Positions 36,943-46,235 of a stretch of 64,000 nucleotides of DNA are shown here, piece after piece. Position 1 is the stretch's first letter. Every line of letters begins with the position of its first letter. This DNA is from Minisyncoccota bacterium (GTDB lineage Bacteria > Patescibacteriota > Minisyncoccia > UBA6257 > JAAZHW01), in contig DAONDV010000001.1 of assembly GCA_035402745.1 (NCBI GenBank), forward strand, positions 19,636-83,635, read 5' to 3'. The notes beneath the pieces are model-generated. The model did not search any database and had not been told where the DNA came from. It saw only the letters and a list, made by a program, of their open reading frames with translations. The position numbers were made by a program, and so were the translations under genes.

Positions 36943-37150
36943 AGTTAAGGCTTTTCCTAATTCCAAAAAAAGGGAAATTATTAAAAAATCAGAGGATAGC
37001 TTTGAAGTAAAAGTAAAAGAAAAGCCAAAAAATAATGAAGCTAATTTGGCTATTTTTGAGGTATTAGAAGAATATTTTAATGTTGAGCGCTCTCAAATCC
37101 GTTTAATTAAGGGCGCTAAAGAGAGAAGTAAGATTTTTGATATTGGATAA
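36932..37150 (+). CDS. DUF167/YggU (UPF0235) family protein
   Basis: Sequence MLVKVKAFPNSKKREI...KPKNNEANLAIFEVLEEYFNVERSQIRLIKGAKERSK matches the YggU pattern (VKVKP.AK.N.I...G..N.ALI.FL...L.V.KS...I.G..SR.K). Start taken at the internal ATG. Confidence 0.7.
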   Translation: MLVKVKAFPNSKKREIIKKSEDSFEVKVKEKPKNNEANLAIFEVLEEYFNVERSQIRLIKGAKERSKIFDIG

Positions 37151-37215
37151 TACCTTACCTTTATAAATCGTTACGATGTCGCTGCGATTTTTTTATTTTG
37201 TGTTATAATAATTAT

Positions 37216-37857
37216 ATGTTAAATAAAACCATTATTAATTTAACTATCAGTGTGTTTTTGATATTAGTGATTTTTGTTGTGGCGATTCGTTTTCTTGGCG
37301 GTGATGAGGACGCGTGGATTTGTGTTAATGATCAATGGGTTCGTCATGGTAACCCTTCCAGTCTTATGCCGGAGTCTGGGTGTGGCACGTTCGCGATTGA
37401 AAAGACTAGTTTTTCAGTTTACTTTAGCAATTCGCAGAAAAATGCCAATATTCAGGATTGTTCTCTAGTTTATCCTGTGAGTAGAGAAGTTCCTAAGACT
37501 TTGGCCGTCGGGCAAGTATCTTTAGAGGAGTTGTTTAAAGGCCCCACTCTTGAAGAGCAAAAAAATGGTTATACTTCATTTTTTTCTGATGCTACTAAGA
37601 ATATTTTGAAAAAAATTACTATTGACGAAAAAACGGCTTATGTTGATTTAAAAGATATCCGTTCGTTAATACCCAATGCTAGTTCCAGTTGTGGATCCGC
37701 CCAACTTTTGTCGGAAATGGTCAATACTTTAAAACAATTTGCCAATATAGAGAAGGTGGTTTTTGCCATTGAAGGCGATCCGAGAACTTTTTACGAGTGG
37801 TTACAGTTCAGCTGTGGCACGGAAAATAATAATTGTGATGCCACGCCATTTCAATAA
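37216..37857 (+). CDS. membrane-anchored GerMN domain protein
   Basis: N-terminal TM helix; GerMN-like LEELFKGPTLEEQKNGYTSFFSDATK...YVDL...EGDPRTFYEW. Confidence 0.6.
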   Translation: MLNKTIINLTISVFLILVIFVVAIRFLGGDEDAWICVNDQWVRHGNPSSLMPESGCGTFAIEKTSFSVYFSNSQKNANIQDCSLVYPVSREVPKTLAVGQVSLEELFKGPTLEEQKNGYTSFFSDATKNILKKITIDEKTAYVDLKDIRSLIPNASSSCGSAQLLSEMVNTLKQFANIEKVVFAIEGDPRTFYEWLQFSCGTENNNCDATPFQ

Positions 37858-37865
37858 TTATAAAT

Positions 37866-38258
37866 ATGGTCTCTTTTTTTAACTCCTCAAATCTTTGGAG
37901 GTATTTAGTTTATTTTTGGACATTGGTTTTTTATACGGTGATTATTTGCGATCTTATCAACGGAAACGCTTTAGTTGGATATTTAGGTCCTTTGGCTGCT
38001 ATTTATATTGGTATTTTGGCTGTTTATGCCGGACAAAAAGAATTTGAAAGATGGTGTCATATTCACGATGGTCATCATCCCGGAGAGCTTTTTGTTATCG
38101 GTTGGACGGTGCTTGTTTTTGGTCTTTGGACCTTAGATTTATTTTTAGGTGATTTTTACAAATTTCCGGAAATTTTAATTTATACTTACATTGCGGTTTT
38201 GAGCGTTTTGGCTATAACTATAAAGTCCAAGAAAATTTATCGCACAAAGCATAGATGA
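37866..38258 (+). CDS. hypothetical 4-TM membrane protein
   Basis: Hydrophobic helices; no recognisable motifs. Confidence 0.5.
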   Translation: MVSFFNSSNLWRYLVYFWTLVFYTVIICDLINGNALVGYLGPLAAIYIGILAVYAGQKEFERWCHIHDGHHPGELFVIGWTVLVFGLWTLDLFLGDFYKFPEILIYTYIAVLSVLAITIKSKKIYRTKHR

Positions 38259-38500
38259 TTACTTTGATTATTGGTTTTGTGGGCGCCTCTTTAGTTTTAA
38301 TTGCTTTTATCTTCAATGAGAACAAAAAGTGGGGTGATGGAGACTTTAAGTATGATTTGGCTAATTGTATTGGCGGCTTATTTTTGGTAATTTATGGCGT
38401 TTTGAGTAAAACTTGGCCTTTTGTTGTCTTGAATACGGTTTGGTTTTTGGTTTCCTTGCGTGACGTTATTAAGGGTATAAGGGGCGGGGGAGTTGGTTGA
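38255..38500 (+). CDS. hypothetical 2-TM membrane protein (ATGA-overlapped with upstream gene)
   Basis: Hydrophobic helices; translationally coupled to the upstream gene. Confidence 0.5.
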   Translation: MITLIIGFVGASLVLIAFIFNENKKWGDGDFKYDLANCIGGLFLVIYGVLSKTWPFVVLNTVWFLVSLRDVIKGIRGGGVG

Positions 38501-38591
38501 TTTTAGGCGGGAAGCTTTCATTTTCATGGTTTTTATGCTAAAATAGGGATAGGTGGAAAAAGTCGCATTAAATCCGCCTTTATCAGTGTTT

Positions 38592-39539
38592 ATGAGTAAA
38601 TTTATTGTAGTTTTTTCTTTAATCGTGTCATTGTTGCCGACAATGACTAGTTTTGCCTCAGCTCAGGAAGTATCTGTGACGCCTACCCCTGATTTGACTG
38701 CTTCTGCTTCCCCAAGCATTAGTCCAGCCATGGTGGTAAATCCAGTGGGCCCATTTATTAAAAATATCCCAGAAGCGGATTTGAAACAGTCATTATCTAT
38801 TCAAGAAATTGACGGTTCTAATCTTTGCCGCGAGTCAAATGAATGCTACTTTACTAATAATAAGTTTTATTCTGAGGTGTTAGTAAATTCGGCTAAAGTT
38901 ACCGATATCGGCACAAATGTTATTGGTATTTCTTTATTCGGGTATGATTATTCCGTAAATATAGAAGAAGCTAAATTGGTGCGTCAATATTGGGTAGAGT
39001 CTGGATTGGATGAATTTTCAGTCGGTGATGTTGTCAACGTTTTTGGATATTTGGATCAATCAGATAATCATTTGATTCATGCCAAAACAATTAGAAACAT
39101 TTCTCTCCAGAAAAGAGTCACTGTTTTCAAGGGTCTAATTGGTTCAATTAATAATGTAATGAATACTTTTGTTTTACAGACGCCTCTTAATGGCGATCAA
39201 ACAGTAGTGATTACTAGTGAAACAAAAATAGTAAAATCAGAATCTGTTTTTTGTATTCAAGTCATGGGCGCTCATTGTCCTTACACCACTAGCGCTTTGG
39301 TAACTATTAATGATTTGTCTGTTGGTGATGCTGTTATAGTAAGAGGTGTTTGGAATGCGGATTCCAAGAAAATCGCAGCGGAATCTATTGTTGCCGGATT
39401 TGATGGTAGACCATTGTTTAATAATTTAGGACAATTACAGAGTCAAATTAAAGAACGCGCTCAAACCGAAGCTGTTAAAGAAAATGTGGGAATTTGGCAA
39501 AAAATTGGAAGTTTCTTTGACAAATTGAGGGGTAAGTAA
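38592..39539 (+). CDS. secreted hypothetical protein with signal peptide and two tandem ~100-aa beta-rich repeats
   Basis: Signal peptide MSKFIVVFSLIVSLLPTMTSFASAQE. Repeated blocks FSVGDVVNVFGYLDQSDNHLIHAKTIRNIS and LSVGDAVIVRGVWNADSKKIAAESIVAG. Confidence 0.55.
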   Translation: MSKFIVVFSLIVSLLPTMTSFASAQEVSVTPTPDLTASASPSISPAMVVNPVGPFIKNIPEADLKQSLSIQEIDGSNLCRESNECYFTNNKFYSEVLVNSAKVTDIGTNVIGISLFGYDYSVNIEEAKLVRQYWVESGLDEFSVGDVVNVFGYLDQSDNHLIHAKTIRNISLQKRVTVFKGLIGSINNVMNTFVLQTPLNGDQTVVITSETKIVKSESVFCIQVMGAHCPYTTSALVTINDLSVGDAVIVRGVWNADSKKIAAESIVAGFDGRPLFNNLGQLQSQIKERAQTEAVKENVGIWQKIGSFFDKLRGK

Positions 39540-39576
39540 AAAGATTCGTTGCATGCGTGAAAAACGTTAATTTTTA

Positions 39577-39620
39577 TTCGACCCCCATCTTTACGAAGAC
39601 GGGGGTCGAAATATTTATTT
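39577..39620 (+). terminator. rho-independent terminator
   Basis: TTCGACCCCCATCTT / AAGACGGGGGTCGAA stem with TACG loop, followed by ATATTTATTT. Confidence 0.75.
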
Positions 39621-39641
39621 GATAATTAATTACATAAAAAT

Positions 39642-40535
39642 ATGACAGCATTACTCTCATTTATTCAAAATTTTATTATTAGCTTCAACTTGGCTAATGC
39701 CATTGATGTGTTGATTGTGGCTTGTTTGGTTTACATTGCTTTATTACTTGTAAAGCAAACCAATTCTTCTTTAGTCTTGGGCGGTTTTTTGACCATTATC
39801 TTTTTATATTCTGCGGCAAACTTTTTTGGTTTTAATTTAACCAGCAAAATATTGAGTTTTATTGTTACTTTTTTGGTCATTATTTTTATAGTGGTTTTTC
39901 GACAAGAATTGAGAAGATTTTTTGAAATGTTTGCCGTTTTCGGTAAAAATGTTTTTTCATTCAAACGTAAGAAGCCATTGCTTCCCAGTTTTATTAATGT
40001 TTTAATCCAATCCATTGATTATTTGGTTAATAAAAAGATAGGCGCATTAATTGTTATTCCCGGTAATCAGTCGGTTGATGCTTATCTCTCTGGCGGACAT
40101 TTTTTGGGTGGAGCAATTTCTATGCCCATATTATTGAGTATTTTTGATCCGAGTTCTCCCGGACACGATGGGGCAGTGATTATCGAAAATAATATGATAA
40201 AAAAATTTGCCGTTCACTTGCCATTGGCCGAGGGAATAAAAAAGTTGGGTGATTTGGGTACTCGTCATCGCGCTGGTTTAGGTATTTCTGAAAAGACTGA
40301 CGCTCTGGTCATTATTATTTCCGAAGAAAGAGGCGAAGCTTCTGTGGCTTATGAAGGAAAATTGAAAAAGATTCCAAATTCTTCTTATTTGCAAAATGTT
40401 ATTGATGCTTTTCTTAGGGAAAAATTTCCCGAAAAGAAGGGGGTGTGGCACGGCTTTATTACTAATAATTTTGGATTGAAGGCCCTTTCTTTCGTCTTAT
40501 CTTTAATTTTGTGGTCTGTTTTTGTGGCTAAATAA
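39642..40535 (+). CDS. cdaA: diadenylate cyclase CdaA (c-di-AMP synthase), 3 TM helices plus DAC domain
   Basis: DAC-domain motifs GALIVIPG, HDGAVIIENN, GTRHRAGLGISEKTDALVIIISEERGEAS. Confidence 0.85.
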   Translation: MTALLSFIQNFIISFNLANAIDVLIVACLVYIALLLVKQTNSSLVLGGFLTIIFLYSAANFFGFNLTSKILSFIVTFLVIIFIVVFRQELRRFFEMFAVFGKNVFSFKRKKPLLPSFINVLIQSIDYLVNKKIGALIVIPGNQSVDAYLSGGHFLGGAISMPILLSIFDPSSPGHDGAVIIENNMIKKFAVHLPLAEGIKKLGDLGTRHRAGLGISEKTDALVIIISEERGEASVAYEGKLKKIPNSSYLQNVIDAFLREKFPEKKGVWHGFITNNFGLKALSFVLSLILWSVFVAK

Positions 40536-40669
40536 TATTGTTTTTGTTTTTATTGATATTTTTTGTTATAATAAAAACAAGATAGTCTAATTAACAAACG
40601 AGATTTTTAACCATCTACTTTTTGGATTCGTTATTCATCAAAAAGTAGACTTGTATATTTTTATGGTTA

Positions 40670-41446
40670 TTGATTTTGTTTAAAAAAATGGCCAAACCTT
40701 ATTTATCAGTAATTATTCCCGCATATAATGAAGCAGAACGCATCACCAATACGCTTTTTGATGTGGATAAATTTTTATCACAAGCCGAATACTCTTATGA
40801 GATTATTGTTGTTAATGATGCTTCCAAAGATAATACTGCCGTGGTTGTAGACAAGCTTATGCCGGTAATAAAGAATCTTCATTTGATTGATAATGCGGAG
40901 AATAAGGGCAAAGGAGGAGTGGTAGCGCAAGGAATGTTGAGTGCCAAGGGCAATGTCCGTCTTTTTATGGATGCGGATAATTCTACTAAGATTGAAGATT
41001 TTGCAAAGTTGCAGCCATTTTTTAAAGAGGGTTATAAAGTTGTCATAGGTTCGCGCGCTATTAGTGGCGCCAGCGTAGAATTATATCAACCGCTTTTGAA
41101 ACGTATTCTAGGTAGAGCCGGTAATTTATTTATTAGAATAATGGCGGTGCCTAACGTGAAAGATACACAATGCGGATTTAAAGCTTTCACGGAAGATGCG
41201 GCTGAAAGAATTTTTTCTCGCTTAACTATTACTCGTTGGGGATTTGATGTGGAGGTTTTGGCTATTGCCAAACTTTTGGGTTACAAAATTAAAGAAGTAG
41301 GTATCACTTGGGTTAATGATACACGTTCACATGTTAAAGCTTCAGCTTATTTGAAGGTTCTTTTGGAAGTAATTAAGATTAGACTCAATCTTTGGAGAAA
41401 GATTTATCATCGCGCATCAGATGATTATGGATCACAATCAAATTAA
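40670..41446 (+). CDS. family 2 glycosyltransferase (dolichyl-phosphate mannose synthase-like)
   Basis: Sequence LSVIIPAYNEAERI, VVNDASKDNT, DAD motif region. Confidence 0.8.
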   Translation: MILFKKMAKPYLSVIIPAYNEAERITNTLFDVDKFLSQAEYSYEIIVVNDASKDNTAVVVDKLMPVIKNLHLIDNAENKGKGGVVAQGMLSAKGNVRLFMDADNSTKIEDFAKLQPFFKEGYKVVIGSRAISGASVELYQPLLKRILGRAGNLFIRIMAVPNVKDTQCGFKAFTEDAAERIFSRLTITRWGFDVEVLAIAKLLGYKIKEVGITWVNDTRSHVKASAYLKVLLEVIKIRLNLWRKIYHRASDDYGSQSN

Positions 41447-42449
41447 CTCATCAAAAAATATTTCTGAATTAAGACAAGATCCCGTTTCTGGTGATTGGAT
41501 TGTTATTGCTACGAGTAGAAATAAAAGACCGTCGGAAATGGCTTCCAAAAAATTGGATCGTTTGGTAACTCCTATCGATAAATGCCCCTTTGAGGATTTT
41601 GAGGCTTCTGGCAACGGTCCTGTTTTAATGGAGGGTAGTTTGCCCGAGTCAAAAGATTGGCTTGTGAGATTTATTGAGAATAAATTTCCTGCATTAAGTG
41701 GGGGTATTAAGTCTGTAAAGAAAACGGACGTCGGGCCTTATGAAAAAATAAACGGATATGGTCATCATGAAGTTGTTATTCTTAAAGATCATGCTAGACC
41801 ATTAAGTGATTATTCTGTTGAAGAATTGACTGTTTTGTTGCAATCATTGCAGAAAAGATATCGGGAATTAGCTCAAGATAAAAAAGTTAAACATATTTCT
41901 ATCTATCATAATTGGGGATTTTCAGCCGGAGCTTCTATTTATCATCCACATTTGCAAATGATTGCTTTGCCGGTGGTTTCTTCGTCCGCTCAAAGAGTCT
42001 TTGACGGGGTGAGGCGATATTGGAAGAAAAAACAAAAATGTCCTTATTGTGAGATAGTTAATTTTGAATTACAAGATAGAAAAAGAGTTATTTTTGAAAA
42101 TGAAAAATCAGTGCTCGTTACCCCTTATATTTCTCGCGAGCCGTTTGAATTAAGAATTTATCCTAAAAATCATTCTCCTTTTTTTGAGGATGCGGATTTT
42201 GAAGAAACAAAATCAGTGGCTGAAAATTTAAAAAGGGGATTAATGATTTTAAGGGATAAAGTATCGGATCCGGATTTGAATTTTTTTATTCATACGACCC
42301 CGGTTTGCGATAAAAAGAAATCTCGTGATTTTCATTGGCATATTGAAATTATTCCTAGAGTTTGTATTTCTGCCGGTTTTGAAATAGATACGGGTATAGA
42401 AATTACACCTATGGATCCCGATGAGGGCGCGGCTTTTTTAAAGTCGTAA
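41421..42449 (+). CDS. galactose-1-phosphate uridylyltransferase-like (GalT family, HIT superfamily) protein
   Basis: HIT-like HPHLQ (compare GalT HPHGQ); Cys-containing zinc sites; GalT-like length. Confidence 0.6.
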   Translation: MIMDHNQINSSKNISELRQDPVSGDWIVIATSRNKRPSEMASKKLDRLVTPIDKCPFEDFEASGNGPVLMEGSLPESKDWLVRFIENKFPALSGGIKSVKKTDVGPYEKINGYGHHEVVILKDHARPLSDYSVEELTVLLQSLQKRYRELAQDKKVKHISIYHNWGFSAGASIYHPHLQMIALPVVSSSAQRVFDGVRRYWKKKQKCPYCEIVNFELQDRKRVIFENEKSVLVTPYISREPFELRIYPKNHSPFFEDADFEETKSVAENLKRGLMILRDKVSDPDLNFFIHTTPVCDKKKSRDFHWHIEIIPRVCISAGFEIDTGIEITPMDPDEGAAFLKS

Positions 42450-42473
42450 ATATTAACAAATCAAAAAATCGCT

Positions 42474-43217
42474 TTAAGCGGTTTTTTGATTAGCGTTTTG
42501 TTTATAATAATCAAATATTTGATCTAAATCTCCTTCCATGATTTTTTCTAGATTATGCCAATTCTTTTTATAGCGATGATCGGTAAGTCTGTCTTGTTGG
42601 AAATTATAGGTTTTTATTTTTTCTGAGCGATCTCCAGTCCCGATTTGTTGTCTGCGTTCGTCGGATAATTTTCCCTGACTGGCATTCCAATTGGCTTCAT
42701 ATAATCTGGCTTGCAATATTTCCATAGCTTTTTCGCGATTCTTGAATTGAGATCGTTCGTTCTGGCAAGCAACGATTACGCCGCTGGGTTTGTGTAAAAT
42801 TCTTACGGCCGTTTCTACTTTATTAACATTTTGTCCGCCAGCTCCGGATGATTTGCAAAAGGTGATTTCCAAATCTTGCGGGTTAATTTGTACGTTTACA
42901 TTTTTTGGTTTGGCTAAAATAGCCACAGAAGCGGTTGATGTATGAACTCTTCCTGATTTTTCGGTTTCGGGAACTCTTTGTACACGATGTACTCCGGCTT
43001 CATTTTTTAAGACATCAGCTCCTATTCCAGAAATTTCAAAACTTACTTCTTTAATGCCTCCAATGGAAGTATTATTGGAGTCCAACATGGTCATTTGCCA
43101 ATTTTTTCTAGTGGCGTATTTTTGATACATTCTAAATAGTTCAAAAGCAAAAAGAGCCGATTCTTCACCACCGGCTCCGGCTCTAATTTCAACAATAACA
43201 TTATTGACTTCGTCCAT
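42474..43217 (-). CDS. prfA: peptide chain release factor 1 lacking N-terminal domain 1 (domains 2-4 only; PET tripeptide, GGQ)
   Basis: Aligns from the first residue with E. coli RF1 from about residue 108 ([16 protein letters not shown]...[17 protein letters not shown]...[11 protein letters not shown]...). The rpmE stop lies only 13 nt upstream. Confidence 0.8.
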   Translation of the reverse strand: MDEVNNVIVEIRAGAGGEESALFAFELFRMYQKYATRKNWQMTMLDSNNTSIGGIKEVSFEISGIGADVLKNEAGVHRVQRVPETEKSGRVHTSTASVAILAKPKNVNVQINPQDLEITFCKSSGAGGQNVNKVETAVRILHKPSGVIVACQNERSQFKNREKAMEILQARLYEANWNASQGKLSDERRQQIGTGDRSEKIKTYNFQQDRLTDHRYKKNWHNLEKIMEGDLDQIFDYYKQNANQKTA

Positions 43218-43230
43218 AAAATGATAAAAA

Positions 43231-43464
43231 TTAAGCTTTCTTAGCTTTTTTAGTCAATTCTTGTTTTTTGGCAACGCGTTGTTTGAATTTTTCTACTCTT
43301 CCGGCGGTGTCAATCATTTTTTCTTTGCCGGTATAAAAAGGATGGCAGTGTGAGCAGATTTCTACCTGAATTTCTTCTTGGGTAGATCCTACTTCAAAAG
43401 AATTGCCACAAACGCATTTAACCTTCGCTTTTTCGTGATATTTTGGATGTATATCTTTTTTCAT
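43231..43464 (-). CDS. rpmE: 50S ribosomal protein L31 (Zn-ribbon type)
   Basis: Sequence [11 protein letters not shown]...CVCGN...[10 protein letters not shown] matches L31. Confidence 0.9.
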   Translation of the reverse strand: MKKDIHPKYHEKAKVKCVCGNSFEVGSTQEEIQVEICSHCHPFYTGKEKMIDTAGRVEKFKQRVAKKQELTKKAKKA

Positions 43465-43540
43465 ATATTTTTCATTTTAATACAAAGTTTTGAAAAAAGC
43501 AATATTGTAATATTGTTATGAGTAGTAGGGCCTTGCCTCG

Positions 43541-43640
43541 CACCCTTTGTGAATTTGGCTTATCTCGCTTTCTTGTGCGAGATAAGCCCGGTAAACGTCA
43601 TCCACAAAGGGTGTGGGGCTTGCTTTTTTCCTATTTTTTT
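43541..43640 (+). promoter_or_regulatory. structured 5' leader of rpsB-tsf: nested hairpins followed by a U-run (candidate S2 autoregulatory leader or attenuator)
   Basis: Outer 11-bp stem CACCCTTTGTG (43541-51) / CACAAAGGGTG (43603-13) encloses a perfect 12-bp hairpin GGCTTATCTCGC (43557-68) / GCGAGATAAGCC (43577-88). TTTTTTCCTATTTTTTT follows, 15 nt before the rpsB ATG. Confidence 0.4.
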
Positions 43641-43654
43641 ATAGAATATTAAAT

Positions 43655-44401
43655 ATGTTAAATATAGACAATAATTCAAATACGAATGAGGTATCTCAAG
43701 AAAAAAACCAGATTTTACACGAAATGATTACGGCCCGTGTTTATTTTGGTCATCGCACTTCTAAGACCAATCCACGCATGAAACCGTATATTGCTGGAGC
43801 TAAAAATGGTTTAGAAATCATTGACTTGGAAAAGACCTATGATCAATTAGAAGAGGCTAAGAAGTTTATCGGCGATTTAAGTCAAAAAGGTAAGATGTTA
43901 ATGATTGTTGGAACGAATCCTATGGTAAGAGATTTGGTTCAAATTGCTGCGGAAAAAGCCGGATGTTGGTGCGCAATCAACCATTGGATTGGAGGACTTC
44001 TTACTAATTTTAAAACCGTTTATACTCGTTTAAAATATTTACGTGAATTGAGAGAAAAAGATTCTAAAGGTGAATTGCAAAAATATACTAAAAAAGAAAG
44101 AATTAAATTCCAAAAAGAAATCATTGATTTATCCGAAATGTTTAAGGGATTGGATAAATGCGATAGATTGCCCGATGCCTTGTTGGTTGTTAATACAAAA
44201 TTGCATGAAACAGCAGTAAAGGAAGCAAAGAAAATAAATATTCCAATAATTGGTATCCTTGATACCGATTCCGATCCAAGGATGATTGATTATCCTATTA
44301 TCGCCAGTGATCATACTCGTTCTAGTGTAGAATACATTTTGAATCAGTTAATCTCGGCGCTTAATGATAATAAACAAAAAATTGTCGTGGAAAAGAAATA
44401 A
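43655..44401 (+). CDS. rpsB: 30S ribosomal protein S2
   Basis: Sequence VYFGHRTSKTNPRMKPYIAGAKNGLEIIDLEKT...LMIVGTNP matches S2. Start placed at ATG 43655; the track start 43613 lies inside the leader structure. Confidence 0.93.
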   Translation: MLNIDNNSNTNEVSQEKNQILHEMITARVYFGHRTSKTNPRMKPYIAGAKNGLEIIDLEKTYDQLEEAKKFIGDLSQKGKMLMIVGTNPMVRDLVQIAAEKAGCWCAINHWIGGLLTNFKTVYTRLKYLRELREKDSKGELQKYTKKERIKFQKEIIDLSEMFKGLDKCDRLPDALLVVNTKLHETAVKEAKKINIPIIGILDTDSDPRMIDYPIIASDHTRSSVEYILNQLISALNDNKQKIVVEKK

Positions 44402-44421
44402 ATTTAATATTTGTTAAAAAA

Positions 44422-45003
44422 ATGGACATTAATATAGTTAAACAATTAAGAGAAGAAACTGGCGCCTCAGTAATGGAATGCAATAACGCTTTAGACGAGT
44501 CTAAAGGAGATTTGGAAAAGGCTAAAGAGATTTTAAAGAGAAAGGGGCAGGCTACAGCTTTAAAAAAGAGTGGTAGAGAGACAAAAAGTGGCTTGATTGA
44601 GTCCTATATTCATGCTAGTGGTAAGGTAGGAGTTTTGTTGGATTTGCGTTGTGAAACTGATTTTGTAGCAAAAAATGATTTATTTAAAGAATTATCTCAC
44701 GAAATTTGTTTGCAAATTGCGGCTATGTCTCCGGAATTTGTAAGTGAAGACGATATTTCTGAAGAATTTAAAACTAAAGAGAGGGAGATTTCCAAAGAAG
44801 AAATGAAAGATTCCGGAAAACCGGAAAAAATTGTTGAACAAATCATTGAGGGAAAATTAAAGAAAAGATTCGCCGAACTTTGTTTGTTGAATCAAGCATA
44901 CATAAAAGATCCTAGCCAAACCATTGCAGATTTGATTAAGGGTTATATCTCTAAAACGGGTGAGAATATTAAAGTGTTAAGATTTTCACGTTTTGAAATT
45001 TAG
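44422..45003 (+). CDS. tsf: elongation factor Ts (short form)
   Basis: Sequence VKQLREETGASVMECNNAL, UBA-like N-terminus; directly downstream of rpsB. Confidence 0.9.
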   Translation: MDINIVKQLREETGASVMECNNALDESKGDLEKAKEILKRKGQATALKKSGRETKSGLIESYIHASGKVGVLLDLRCETDFVAKNDLFKELSHEICLQIAAMSPEFVSEDDISEEFKTKEREISKEEMKDSGKPEKIVEQIIEGKLKKRFAELCLLNQAYIKDPSQTIADLIKGYISKTGENIKVLRFSRFEI

Positions 45004-45045
45004 TGGTATAATAAATATGCGCCATTTTTTTGCGCGCAACAAGAT

Positions 45046-45687
45046 ATGTTTTCTTTAATTCCGCAAATTATATTATTGCTTTGTTTCGGCTTGATTATTT
45101 GGCTGATTATTAAGAATTTGCCAAAAATAAAAGATGAAGAAGGAAAAGCTGAGCATAATATTGAAGGTGAATCTTCTTTGAATAAGAAAAGAAAATTTAT
45201 TCATCGAATTCCTATTGAAAAAATTGATGCAAAGGTTAATGGTTTCTTGGAAAAGGCTCTCAGGCGTTCTAGAATAATTTTGATGAGGATAGATACTTAT
45301 CTTCAAAAGCATTTGGATACCCTCAAGAGTCATTCTAAACCAAAATCCATTTTTAAGGGTGACGATAGTTTGATAGTTAAAGAAGAAATAAATATTGATA
45401 ATATTCAGCAAGATGAATTTAAGGATTTAGAGGGGGATGTGGATTTGATCGCCGGAGTTGATAAGTCTATTGATGAATTATTGCCAAAACAAGAAAAAAC
45501 AGTTAATCTTGATGATAAGGTTGATGTTCTAATAGTTGGCAATGAGGATGTTGTTAAGAAATTTGATTTGGAACCGAATGTTATTGAGGTCGTTGTGCAA
45601 AAGAAAAAAGTGACACGACGTCCGCGCAAGGCGAAAGTAACGCCTCAGCCACAAAAAGCATCAGAAGAAAGAAACGAAGAGTTATAA
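45046..45687 (+). CDS. hypothetical protein: N-terminal TM helix, acidic middle, basic C-terminal tail
   Basis: ORF; no recognisable motifs. Confidence 0.5.
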   Translation: MFSLIPQIILLLCFGLIIWLIIKNLPKIKDEEGKAEHNIEGESSLNKKRKFIHRIPIEKIDAKVNGFLEKALRRSRIILMRIDTYLQKHLDTLKSHSKPKSIFKGDDSLIVKEEINIDNIQQDEFKDLEGDVDLIAGVDKSIDELLPKQEKTVNLDDKVDVLIVGNEDVVKKFDLEPNVIEVVVQKKKVTRRPRKAKVTPQPQKASEERNEEL

Positions 45688-45736
45688 ATAATATTTGCTG
45701 AATGTGGGTATCATTATTGTTTGTCTCACCGCCTTT

Positions 45737-45808
45737 GCCATCTTAGCTCAGTGGTAGAGCAACTGTTTTGTAAACAGTAGGTCCCCGGTCCAAATCCGGG
45801 AGATGGCT
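45737..45808 (+). tRNA. tRNA-Thr (anticodon TGT)
   Basis: Acceptor GCCATCT/AGATGGC, anticodon stem ACTGT/ACAGT with loop TTTGTAA, T-stem CCCGG/CCGGG. Confidence 0.8.
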
Positions 45809-45851
45809 CAGATGTAAAGGTGGTGAGGTAAACAAGCTCAGATGTTGTTAT

Positions 45852-45938
45852 GGGTAGGTGGCGGAGTAGTCAAACGCAACAGACTGTAAATCTGTCGGCC
45901 ACTGGCCTACGCAGGTGCAAATCCTGCCCTACCCACCA
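45852..45938 (+). tRNA. tRNA-Tyr (anticodon GTA), long variable arm, CCA encoded
   Basis: Acceptor GGGTAGG/CCTACCC, anticodon stem ACAGA/TCTGT with loop CTGTAAA, long variable arm, 3' CCA. Confidence 0.8.
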
Positions 45939-45944
45939 AAATAT

Positions 45945-46017
45945 GCCAATGTAGCTCAGTTGGTAGAGCAACCCCATGGTAAGGGGTAGGTCACCAGTTC
46001 AAGTCTGGTCATTGGCT
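45945..46017 (+). tRNA. tRNA-Thr (anticodon GGT)
   Basis: Acceptor GCCAATG/CATTGGC, anticodon stem ACCCC/GGGGT with loop ATGGTAA, T-loop TTCAAGT. Confidence 0.8.
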
Positions 46018-46074
46018 CAGGGTTAAAAGTAGTCGTTAATGTCAGTTTTGATTTTTAACTTTTAATTTAAAATT

Positions 46075-46233
46075 ATGTCTCAAGACAGATTAATTAAATT
46101 ACAATGCACTAAATGCAAAAATATCAATTACTATTCCACTAAAAATAAGAAAACAGTGGAAAAGAAAATTGAATTAAAAAAACATTGCGCTAAGTGCAAA
46201 GTCCATACTATTCATAAGGAAATGAAAAAGTAA
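46075..46233 (+). CDS. rpmG: 50S ribosomal protein L33 (Zn-ribbon; 52 aa; not in supplied ORF track)
   Basis: Translation MSQDRLIKLQCTKCKNINYYSTKNKKTVEKKIELKKHCAKCKVHTIHKEMKK matches the L33 consensus (..C..C....Y.T.KNK...EKLELKK.C..C..H..HKE.K). Confidence 0.85.
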   Translation: MSQDRLIKLQCTKCKNINYYSTKNKKTVEKKIELKKHCAKCKVHTIHKEMKK

Positions 46234-46235
46234 AA

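Noticed and set aside
43613-43654. N-terminal extension MGLAFFLFFYRILN of the rpsB ORF in the track
   Set aside because: Lies within the hairpin/U-run leader; S2 homology begins after the ATG at 43655.
45808-45852. Short duplicated string CTCAGATGT between tRNA-Thr and tRNA-Tyr
   Set aside because: Only 9 nt, consistent with chance or spacer remnants; no structure.
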